Positions 40,801 through 48,600 of a stretch of DNA of 64,000 nt are shown here, piece by piece. Under the pieces are notes generated by a model that ran no database searches, was not told the DNA's origin, and worked only from the letters and a program-made list of their open reading frames with translations. Position numbers and translations under genes: made by a program. The DNA comes from Amphiscolops sp. MND2022 (lineage: Eukaryota). Positions within the stretch are counted from its first letter, which is position 1; each line of letters opens with the position of its first letter. Location: positions 97,466,001 to 97,530,000 of the forward strand of contig OZ076409.1 of NCBI GenBank assembly GCA_964187785.1, written 5' to 3'.

Positions 40801-43800
40801 AATATGAAAATCGGAGCAGTAGCTGAATTCAATTCAATTTTCCTGGATTTTAGTACAACAAGGCGGGAACGGCCAAAGTCGGCGCTATATCTAAGGCTCA
40901 AAATTGTAAAAGGGGAACTTTTGGGCTTTGTGAAATTCCATTTAGTTGCAAAATATGAAAACAAATTGAAGGGGGACTCTTCGGAGAGTATAAAAAATTT
41001 CCGAAAAAAACTACTAAAATGAGATTTTTGAACAGTATCACAGTGCCCAAAATGTAAAAGGGGGTTCCATGGTTGTTTTTCGACATCCATTGTGTTGCAA
41101 AATATCGAAACAAACGAAGGGGGACCCTTTGGTGCAATCCAAAAAATTTCCAAAAAAGTGGACCGTACGCGTTTAAAAAACTACCCACTGTAAGAGTCGG
41201 GCTCATTTGCTACTAAAATGCGCCGACTAACAGTTGAGAGATTCAAACTTTGCACATTCCAAATACCACTCGGTTGCTCTTACCACTACACCATGAAAAT
41301 TGCGATGAAAAATTCAGATGCAGTCCAGAAAAGTTCTCTTAATAGCATTCGAGAGCATATATCTCAGTTTGGCCAACCTTTTTATAAATGGAAACGAAGC
41401 CATTAGGAACAACATTAGTTGGTGCCCGCTCAAGGATCAAAACGTGGAAAGTACTTTAAGTCGTTAATTTCACAATGCCAAAAAATTGATTGGATGACTC
41501 TGGGCTTTAATTATAAGTTTTTTTATGTCGAAAACATCGAAGAAAGCAAAACCAGAGCCATTTTGTGGAATAGACAATTTTCCGAAAACGTCACAGAGTG
41601 CCGAAAAAGTCACAAATTCTTTGACTAAAAACAGCAGTTGTTTGATAATTTCTGAGTCCAAACTTCGACGGTCTGAAGTGCCAATATTTGGAAAACTAGA
41701 AGTCACTTCAAAATCATCATATTCCGCCAATTGCTAGTTCCGCTGTAAAATCAAGCCATGTCACGGAGCATTCCAATTGACTAGAAAATCACGCGCGTGA
41801 TTTTATGCTGACCCGAGTTATACTACTAACCTAATACTGGGTTTCCAGTAGGACAGCAGCAGCACGAATCCAGCCGACACCACGACAGAGAGCACGAACA
41901 GCGCCGACTTGAGCAACGACCTCTGATAGCCCACACACACGAAGTTCTCCTCGTCCTCGTTCTGCGCCTCAACGAACACCTGTAGGGACAGGGCACCCAC
42001 CCCACGGCAGTGTTACAAAAAATTATTCGTTATTTCAAAAATTTATTCGGTCGTCATTACAGTAACTTCTCCTTTGCACTATCTAATCATTGATTATTTT
42101 GTAGAAGCGACATTGTTGGTGTACGACATCAAGATGGTTGCGCTAGCTTACTGGTCCACTTAGCCTAGTGGAGCAGTTGTTGCTTTCAGCCCACTCTGCT
42201 CGAGTTCGAATCTGTGGCGGCGCTTCTTTTGTTCCTTTGGGTTTTTAGTCGGCGCTTTTCGAAGAAAAACGCAGACTATAGTAGTGACTTTTTTTAAGAC
42301 CAACGAACTGACAGATTTTATAAATTTTATAAGTAAGCACTAACACTGCTGTCTGGCACTAACATTGTCTGGCAGTAATACTAAACCACACTGGCATAGA
42401 GGTTACGGCTTTTTGAGGTCTGCCAAGCGGAAGGACATGGGTTCGAGTCCCGCCCTTGACCAAATTTTTTTGTGTAGATTTTTTTCGGCTTTGTGAGACG
42501 TTTTTTCGCAATTTTTTTAATGTCTCCGAAGGGTCCACCCTTCATTTTTTTCCTATTTTGCAAAAGAATGGATGTTGAAAAACAGCCAAAGGGTCCCTTT
42601 TACATTTTTCGGTACAATGCGACTTACCAGAAACTTCGAAAAAATTCAAAAAATTTTTGGAAATTTTTTTTGGGTACTGTAGAGGAGAGTACTTGACACT
42701 TTGAAGTCCTTTTGCTATTTTTGAGCCTTAGATATGACGCCGACTTGGGCCGTTCCCGGCTTGTTAGTCGGCGCATTTTCCTTTAAGGAAAAAAGCCCGA
42801 CTATTACAGTGGCTAGTTTTTTTTTTCTTTTTTTTTCGTCAGAGCTCATCGCGTATGTACCACTTTTTACAGAAACTGATAAGTTCACTCAGGCCAGTTC
42901 GATCAATGCAAACTTACTGCAAAGGGTCCCCTCTTTCGTTTTTTACCTTTTTTACGTAACCTACAAAACCGGAAGACTCCAAAGGGTCCCCCCTTTCAAT
43001 TCTTTTTCGGCACTGTGCGAATTTTTTTTTCGAAAATTTTTAATTTTTCAAAAGAGTCTCCCCTTCGGATTTTCTGATATTTTGCAACAAAAAGTATGTT
43101 AATGAATCCCAAAGGGTCCCCCTTTTCATTTTTCGGCACTATGCGACGTTTTCGAAGTTTTTTCAAAAAAAAATTTTTCAAAAAATTTTTCAAAATTTTT
43201 TTTGTTTCCAGTCGAGTCGGGAAAAGTGATTTTCCAGTCATATCGAGCATGAAAGGCACACTTTGGGTGTCTCGAAAGTGTTTTCAAAGCTTTTCATGAA
43301 TACATCCTGGGCATATTTAGAAAACTCTGAGCTTTTTGAGCCTTAGATATAGCGCCGACTTTAGACGTTCCCGTCTTGTTTTTGTTTAACGCTATCATGT
43401 TATAATTTGACCCCTAACATTCCACATTTATATTAATTGACCTAAATTCTGCTCATTTCTTTTATACTATTTACCCATTACTGCCCCTTGTGTAAACATA
43501 TATTCAAACACATGTAAACAATCTGCTCACGCCTTTTCTTGTCCGTTTGGCTGTATATGCCTAATTTTCTAGCTAACAACCATATTCTCTATTCTCACTT
43601 ATGATGTCATTCAATCTACATTCATTCCGTCAATAAACTTTATCAAATATAATCATCTTGCTTTGAGACAAGACCCAATCTTCAAAAACCTGCACTCTAT
43701 CTTCGAGTTCCCTCAAGTTCTCTAGTTTGAACTCTTGCTTGAGTTCCCCTGTTTTAACTCTCCTGACAGCTACAAACATTTCACATGTCCCCTAAAAGTC

Positions 43801-44978
43801 CCCTTCTTTCTTATCCCCTCATACGGCAAATTTCATTGTCGAAAAAATCTTGTACGAATAAAAGACCTTCATATGGTTACAAATTCTTAAAGGATTGCCG
43901 CTTCCAGCAAAAAAGTCGCTGAATTTTTGACACAGAGGCGAAGCGGTGCTTCGCAACACATGACGAAGACATCGATTATTTTAAAGATAGCTCTACGTTG
44001 TATATATATTAAAGATAGCTCTACGTTGTATATATATTAAAGATAGCTCTACGTTGTATATATATTAAAGATAGCTCTACGTTGTATATATATTAAAGAT
44101 AGCTCTACGTTGTATATTTATAAATCGTACATATTCAATCGCATGCGTATATATTCAACAGTTCAACTTTGTTCAATAACGTCCCTATGGCACAGTGGTC
44201 AACGCTTATGCCGTGCAATCGGGAGGCTGCAGGTTCGAATCTCTCTGGGGTTTTGGCTCTTTTCTAAAAGGCGCTCATTATCAAGTTGACTATTGTGGAA
44301 AAAAAACTTCTTTAGCTGGACTGCAATGCACATTGACTTCGTCATGTGCAATAACTGTTTCTCCAAAACAGCCCTATTTGACGCAAAATTGGCTCTTTTC
44401 TGCTCCACCCACCAAAAATTTTGAGAGTGAATTTCCTTAAAAGTTTAAGATTAGCCTAAATAAATATATATTCTTTTTACATAACAGGAAGTTAACGTCT
44501 ATTAGAACAATTTTTTGTTCAAACAAATAATTTCTCACGCATTTTGACAATAATTATGTTCGTATCAACTGTTTTTGGTGACTCAAAACAGGAAGCTGTT
44601 GAAATTCTCATTTTAAGACTGCGTGAACTAACAAGAAAAAAGCGTGTAAAAGTTTAAACTGCCACCCCGGAAATAAATTTTAAAATGAAGGTTTCTGGTT
44701 TGTAATCAAATCTTTTTGTTATAGTATTTTCATTAATTTTCCAAAAACATGGTGGTGGGGGGAAAACAGAAAAGGGCCGCAACATTTTCAAACAGGTTGT
44801 TTTTGAGCAGTGTAACACTGCGTGCCTGAGAGCAGGAATGGCAAGAGGCGGAGGAGTGGCACTTGAAGTTTATTTTGCCCCCACTTTGCAGCACCAGCTT
44901 CTGGGGGGAGATTTCGGGGGGCACGGAGGGTCTTGGCCGCCCCGTTTCGTCCAGAATCGAGTTGGAGATACTTCCCAT
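871..44978 (-). CDS. ATP13A3: P5B-type P-type ATPase (ATP13A2/3/4/5 family), spliced gene with 16 exons in the window, 3'-truncated by the window edge
   Basis: Phase-compatible exons join into one ORF with [11 protein letters not shown] (TM1), [22 protein letters not shown]4 VPPALP (P5B; P5A has PP[DE]LP), CFDKTGTLT phosphorylation site, [26 protein letters not shown] and [10 protein letters not shown]. Family assignment is secure; the specific paralog symbol is only nominal. Confidence 0.95.
1262..1619. mobile_element. MITE with TIRs of about 36 bp
   Basis: CACCGTTTGCGCGTTCAGTGGAGCATATCAGATGTT and its near-perfect reverse complement. Confidence 0.8.
1741..1921 (-). CDS. ATP13A-like exon ([17 protein letters not shown]...)
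   Basis: Completes TGDN across the junction; tgcag acceptor and gtaatg donor. Confidence 0.92.
2111..2265. mobile_element. Small TA-flanked MITE
   Basis: TA-CATACGGGGACCGT ... ACGGTCCCCGTATG-TA. Confidence 0.75.
3361..3563 (-). CDS. ATP13A-like exon (GFRVLALA...[15 protein letters not shown]...MITG)
   Basis: Conserved P-domain motifs; tgtag acceptor and gtcggt donor. Confidence 0.96.
4710..4794 (-). CDS. ATP13A-like exon ([28 protein letters not shown])
   Basis: Completes KGAPE across the junction; tgcag acceptor and gtgagt donor. Confidence 0.93.
5353..5557 (-). CDS. ATP13A-like exon, N domain ([19 protein letters not shown]...FCKG)
   Basis: Conserved FSS-x-x-QRMSV; tgcag acceptor and gtggcc donor. 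Confidence 0.95.
5901..6054. repeat. 77-bp perfect tandem duplication adjoining an inverted GACATTTGTTATCAAA array (about 5680-5900)
   Basis: AACTCTTGTCACTTGATAAC at 5901 and 5978. Confidence 0.9.
7801..7910 (-). CDS. ATP13A-like exon, N domain (GLATCHSL...[14 protein letters not shown])
   Basis: Conserved CHSL and GDP motifs; ttcag acceptor and gtcagc donor. Confidence 0.95.
8413..8934. mobile_element. hAT-type MITE, same family as 29827-30337
   Basis: TIR CAGTGAATTGAC; ATCCACCC at 7946-7953 and 8935-8942, with another small IR element (about 7955-8410) inserted on the left side. Confidence 0.85.
11708..11786 (-). CDS. ATP13A-like small exon ([26 protein letters not shown])
   Basis: ttcag acceptor and gtaagt donor; phase 0-1 bridges the flanking exons; too short for the ORF track. 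Confidence 0.8.
11943..12193. repeat. Long near-perfect palindrome with arms of about 120 bp
   Basis: The right arm is the reverse complement of the left with few mismatches; centre at about 12068. Confidence 0.95.
13196..13361 (-). CDS. ATP13A-like exon with the catalytic Asp ([14 protein letters not shown])
   Basis: DKTGT motif; tgtag acceptor and gtgaac donor. Confidence 0.97.
14302..14492 (-). CDS. ATP13A-like exon, TM3-TM4 ([16 protein letters not shown])
   Basis: PPALP P5B signature; ttcag acceptor and gtcaga donor. Confidence 0.95.
15737..17909 (-). pseudogene. Degraded LINE (non-LTR retrotransposon) ORF2 fragment, APE endonuclease, split by a Helentron-like insertion at about 16920-17696
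   Basis: Frameshifted pieces with [20 protein letters not shown]...GGVAILV and PTR...TRIDYI motifs. Confidence 0.85.
18070..18269 (-). CDS. ATP13A-like exon (KHLLYAGT...[22 protein letters not shown])
   Basis: Conserved A-domain C-terminal motif; AAG acceptor required by phase; gtctgt donor. Confidence 0.95.
19265..22981. repeat. Near-identical tandem duplication, unit about 1843 bp
   Basis: ACACATATGGTGATGTTCC at 19265 and 21108; an identical 61-aa ORF at 19299 and 21142. Confidence 0.95.
23099..23502. mobile_element. hAT-type MITE
   Basis: TIR CAGGGTTCG / CGAACCCTG with a perfect TSD CCCTGAAT. Confidence 0.85.
24167..24421 (-). CDS. ATP13A-like exon, actuator domain (LVPGDVI...[14 protein letters not shown])
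   Basis: TGES motif; ctgcag acceptor (NAGNAG alternative possible) and gtaagc donor. Confidence 0.95.
25705..26168 (-). mobile_element. Helentron/DINE-like element, family B
   Basis: Sub-terminal IR TTATTATTTCTGC / GCAGGAATAATAA, terminal hairpin GCCCC-TCC-GGG(G)C, local IR ATTCCTGC-TATC-GCAGGAAT. Copies also at about 36776-37575 and 46946-47527, with a fragment at about 52480-52700. Confidence 0.7.
26375..26596 (-). CDS. ATP13A-like exon, TM1-TM2 ([22 protein letters not shown]...)
   Basis: ttgcag acceptor and gtcagt donor, phase 1-1; conserved LW...YYYY. Confidence 0.95.
27165..27515 (+). repeat. Interspersed repeat beginning with the hairpin GTCCTCAAATGAGGAC
   Basis: Copies at about 38187-38660 (+) and 58150-58605 (-); class unknown. 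Confidence 0.75.
27955..29548. repeat. AT-only low-complexity tract split into three pieces by two family-A insertions
   Basis: (TA/TTA)n at about 27955-28085, 28769-28987 and 29519-29548. Confidence 0.85.
29612..29752 (-). CDS. ATP13A-like exon ([34 protein letters not shown])
   Basis: tgtag acceptor and gtcagt donor; conserved YG-x-N...EV-x-NPFY-x-FQ. Confidence 0.95.
29827..30337. mobile_element. hAT-type MITE
   Basis: TIR CAGTGAATT[T/G]AC with a perfect 8-bp TSD CACTCAAC; second copy at 8413-8934. Confidence 0.9.
30738..31329. mobile_element. piggyBac-type MITE
   Basis: TTAA-CCCCAAT..ACCT ... AGGT..ATTGGGG-TTAA, inserted into the GTGCATTAATGC motif that is uninterrupted in the sister copy at about 35025. 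Confidence 0.85.
32235..32392. mobile_element. Short Tc1-type MITE; an expanded nested copy spans about 29817-31476
   Basis: TIR CACTCAACTCCG[C/T]TTATAAC. Confidence 0.75.
33018..33377 (-). pseudogene. BED zinc-finger transposase N-terminal fragment (hAT-like) inside a foldback element at about 32905-33885
   Basis: [10 protein letters not shown]...[11 protein letters not shown] fits C-x2-C...H-x4-H; flanked by inverted arrays of TTTCAACC/GGTTGAAA. Confidence 0.7.
33917..34147 (-). CDS. ATP13A-like exon ([18 protein letters not shown]...)
   Basis: ttcag acceptor and gttggt donor, phase 1-1; F-x-F-K-x-x-R-Y-V-W motif of the P5 N-terminal domain. Confidence 0.85.
34151..35224. mobile_element. 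hAT-type MITE (CASRGTTTTSACA...GCTAA family) spanning an intron, with a nested family-A element
   Basis: Ends AACCGTTTTCACATCGCTAA / TTAGCGGTGTGAAAACCGTG. Relatives at about 4864-5320, 19529-19881 (TSD ATGATTAT/ATGATAAT), 21370-21723, 26697-27899, 40401-40761 and 49614-49950. Confidence 0.75.
35221..35480 (-). CDS. ATP13A-like exon, acidic low-complexity insert (DSPGHSDCS...[10 protein letters not shown]...MLMKVLQG)
   Basis: Open frame with a phase 2 start after gggcag. Donor uncertain: three in-frame phase-1 options ending at 35221, 35230 or 35233. Confidence 0.7.
35491..36264. mobile_element. hAT-type MITE that makes up essentially a whole intron
   Basis: TIR CAGAGGTGTGAT at both ends; 8-bp flanks GCCCGAAG / GTTCGAAG (6/8). 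Confidence 0.75.
36260..36379 (-). CDS. ATP13A-like exon ([23 protein letters not shown]...)
   Basis: ttcag acceptor and AG|gtgtga donor, phase 2-2; C...AD.VL motif of the P5 N-terminal domain. Confidence 0.85.
38940..39384. mobile_element. hAT-type MITE with internal CTATAAT repeats
   Basis: TIR CAGAGATGACC / GGTCATCTCTG; TSD CTGCTAGC / CTACTAGC. Confidence 0.85.
41831..41979 (-). CDS. ATP13A-like exon, N-terminal domain ([21 protein letters not shown]...[10 protein letters not shown])
   Basis: tacag acceptor and AG|gttagt donor; typical P5 N-terminal GY-x-R-S...hydrophobic...YW-x-P segment. Confidence 0.9.
42245..42765 (+). mobile_element. Helentron/DINE-like non-autonomous element, family A (representative copy)
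   Basis: 5' TTTTAGTCGGCGC with a nearby inverted copy; 3' (G)CGCCGACT, then hairpin GCCG-TTCC-CGGC, then TTGTT; no TSD. Other copies at about 3600-4029, 9027-9581, 10050-10651, 10775-11352, 16920-17696, 18441-19002, 20162-20677, 22003-22517, 24443-24970, 24971-25704, 28087-28768, 28988-29518, 30455-31432, 34621-35121, 39713-40115, 40856-41230, 42764-43380, 50944-51660, 51777-52326 and 61672-62088. Confidence 0.8.
43979..44118. repeat. Minisatellite, 28 bp x about 5 (TTAAAGATAGCTCTACGTTGTATATATA)
   Basis: GATAG at 43986, 44014, 44042, 44070 and 44098. Confidence 0.95.
44181..44251 (+). pseudogene. tRNA-derived sequence (SINE head or pseudo-tRNA)
   Basis: A-box TGGCACAGTGG and B-box GGTTCGAATC with tRNA spacing; stems pair poorly. 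Confidence 0.55.
44826..44978 (-). CDS. ATP13A-like putative first coding exon ([10 protein letters not shown]...CHSCSQ)
   Basis: GC-rich island. The ATG is immediately preceded by an in-frame TAA. A CAG|GCACGC (GC) donor gives phase 0, matching the next exon. No family homology is visible here. Confidence 0.5.
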
Positions 44979-44998
44979 TTATAATGAACGACTGTGCA

Positions 44999-45648
44999 CA
45001 GTACTGTGATTAAAACATCGTGCCCCTATGACGTTTTCTCAGCCTATCAGAATTGCTTATTTGCTCTCACTTTCAATTTTGATTGGCGCATCAAGAGAAA
45101 TCTCAGGCGCAGGAAGAACGCTTTCGTTATTTTCCCACTTTTGGGCAGGTTTTTGATGTTTTTTTGCTGAAAATTTAAAATTCATCGGATTCTGTAAATT
45201 GTCTAGAATTCAGTGATTTATTTTTTTTGTTTCAAAAACATTCCAAATGAAAAATTAATCGCATTTTCCACCGCGAAACGTTAGTTTCCTGTATTTATTT
45301 ACCTCTTATTTTATCTATTTTACCTTTCGAGCATGATATTTCGAAAACGGTTTATCATTTTTGAAATAAAAACACATCCATGGATGATTTAGTAGATTTG
45401 TGGGAGTTAATTGAGCATAAAACTTGCCAAAAAAAGGTGTTGATAAAACAGACAAAAATAGGAAATTTGGCTCAGAATCAGCTATTTGTAACTTTCCCAA
45501 TTGTTATCTCAAATTCAAAAACATACCTATGTGAACTAGATAAAATTATAAGAAACTTTTACTTCTGATGTTTTTCAAAATTTTCAACCAATTTCGAGAA
45601 AATCGAGCCTAAAATCGCCAGAGGGATGATTTCTTAATCACAGTACTG
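44999..45648. mobile_element. Tc1/mariner-type MITE
   Basis: TIR CAGTACTGTGATTAA with a TA flank on the right; second copy at about 55852-56936. Confidence 0.8.
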
Positions 45649-48600
45649 TATCTTCAAAGCTCTCACTATTGATTGATACGATATGGCGATGAAATGCGAG
45701 ATTGATGAATGCCAACAAAAATGATGAACTGCCAATTATTCGTTTCTACCTTTAGGGATACGAAGTATAGACAAAGGTTTGTTTATATCAACTAAGGAAG
45801 TTTGTACCAGTGCTAAATGTGAGTTTGAGTGCCCCGGTAATTAGGGCCAATTATTTTTCACTGTTCAAGATCATGGCTGTCAGAAAGATGCGGGTTTTTT
45901 TCCACAAAATATTCCACAACTTTACGTCATTGAATATTGTGAAAAATAAGCAAATTTATGTTTTCCAAAATCACTAACATAACATTTCGTGTTAAAAAAG
46001 ATAGTATGGTTTTAAAATATTTCAATTCAATCAGTCGAGCGCACAAACTTCTGAAACAACGAGAATTTGTTGGTTGCCATTGTTTAGGTGATAGAATGGG
46101 ATGGGATGGGCATCGGAAAATTAGATGCACTGCTGTGTATTATCGTATACTGAGTTCCTCTTGTAACGTGTAATCGTATAATGGAAGGCTTCATATACCG
46201 TATATTCGCATAATTGGGTTTCTTATACCGTATAAAGGCATGGGGCACACATTTTTGGATCAATTTTCTATCGGAAAGTATTAATTGCTTCAAATAAGGG
46301 GAATGTAATAGCTTTCGGAATGTAAATCCCTTTCGGAATCCTGTATAGCCTATTACCATTTTAGGATGCACTTCGTTTGAAATTCATCACAAAAATTTCA
46401 TAATTTCCAAAAACTTCCTTGCCCGTTACGGGAAAATCGACGCAAAACGACTGAAAAACGATTCTCCGTATAGCTCGTATAAGAATGGCATCTTCGTATA
46501 ACTTGTATTTCGTAAAACCAATTATATATTTCGTATAACTTTTCGTATAATCGTATATCGTGTACAATACACTGATGCACTGATGACAAAAACGGTACTT
46601 GAAACAAGCTTTCAGCCGCATTTTCTTTCAAAAATTAGAGTCAAACTTAGATTTTAGGCATCAAAATTTAGATTCCTCATATTTAGATTCAGATGCGGTT
46701 GCTAATGTGGAAATGCAAAGGCCGAAAATATGCGGGAAAATGCAAAAATACGTCCCGCTTATTCCTGACAAACATGTACCAGATCAAGTTTTCATGACTG
46801 GTATGTTTAAGGTAATCATAAAAATTTTGAGGGTATTTAATTATTGTCCAGCATTCAAATACGATACTGTGGAAGTCACAGTAATTCAATTTTATTTGAC
46901 TTGAATTTCAGTCATGTGATAAAAGAATGGAACCCCTGTTTTGAAATAGGCCCCTCCGGGGCACACTATTATTTCTGCTTCAATCTTTCATTTATAGTAG
47001 AATCATATCTGGAAAACCAATACACTCCTGTTTAACCATTATTCAGCGCACAATTAATCACTGTACCAGTTTATACCGGATTTAAATCTGTTGTTAAAAA
47101 ATCTGTACATGTAAATATCATCAAGTATTTCTTTTTTTTGTTGACTAGAATCAATTCAGTCTTTTAGTAGTAATAGTAGTAAATCTCGGACTAAAGCAAA
47201 TATATATTTGAATACAGGCAAAGCTCTCCGCGAAAGTATAATTAACACTCATTCGCTTCATCTCAATAACTCGGTGCAACGAAAGCACAATTACGAACAT
47301 TCGCTCGCTTCATCTCAATGACGTCAGCATACGAATGCATAATTACCACTCGCTCGTTCCATCGCACGAGAATTGAATTGTCGGCAGCTTGAGAAATTTA
47401 ATTCTCACGCTTATAGTCACTGCCGAACAAATATCTGAATTATTCAGTATCGTGTGAGAATTTTACTGAAAAAAAGTAGACATCTTCACATTTCAATGAT
47501 ATTCATGCTATCACAGAAATAATAATAACGAAGTTTGGAACGCCTAATGAGTGTTCGATATTCTCAAAAACTGTCAAATGTTTCCAAAAAATGTTAAAAA
47601 CAAAAGGTTTCGATTTTTGTCTGGTTTACATTCCTGCAATTTTGTAATTCTAGTATGAAACAAATTTGCGAATAATAATTTTTACATGTAAAAGTTTTGA
47701 AATTCAGTTGCAGACTCAAATTAGGAGCGGAAGCTGGTCATTATTTACTATTACATATAGTTTAAGATGCCCATCATTCACTAATTACACTCGAAAGTTT
47801 TTAGGGCCCTGGAGTGTTCATGTAGAAAGAGAATCACAAATTTGTAAGTCTTAAGTCTATACCCAATCATAATACATGTACCGGAATTATTGTAGTGGAG
47901 ATTGTCGATTTTCTTCAGACGTGTGAATACTACGTGCTTCAACGTTTGACAGTACAATCAGTGGACCCAGATGATGAACCGGTAGATAAATAAAAACTAT
48001 TCAAACTTGTTTGTAAAATAGACAATATTAGAAAACTTGTTTGCAAACCAAATATTACACTGAGAAGTATTGAAAGCTAAGTTTTCCCAATATTTGTCAT
48101 AGAAGTTTCGAACGAACACGAATGTAAACTAGATCAAATTTCGAGAAACTTTAATTGAAAGCATTTCTCAAGAAGATCAAGAGTTTCAGACGTACGGGCA
48201 GAAAAATGAAGTGTGTCAAACATTATTATCAATTAGGGGTTCCATTCTTTATCACAGGACTGTAATCTTATAAACGTAAGTGCACGTTGAAATAATAGAC
48301 TGTTTCTGTTAATTATTGAGAGCAAATGAGTGAATTCAATGTCTTCTACTATAAATTTGAGCAAAAGGTTCATTGGAACATTGCCAAAAATCAAGAGAAA
48401 CTGCAATTGCAACTACTTAGACCATAAAAAAGATTTTCTAAAAATCTTTTGAAACACTGCTCGCAGAAGTTTGAAACAAAAATCCAAGTAATTACAAATT
48501 AATTCTAACAATCTTTTACTTTTTGCAAAATTGTCGTTTCTGAACACTGGTATTTTAGACAACGGAAATTGGCATTTTATGCAAACAAGTCGCGTCGCAT

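Noticed and set aside
43480..43900. Possible LINE 3' fragment
   Set aside because: Too degraded; no diagnostic motif could be read
43979..44118. 28-bp repeats resembling a CRISPR array
   Set aside because: Head-to-tail with no spacers, no cas genes, eukaryotic context
42153..44251. Functional tRNA genes
   Set aside because: A/B boxes are present but acceptor and anticodon stems pair poorly; treated as tRNA-derived relics
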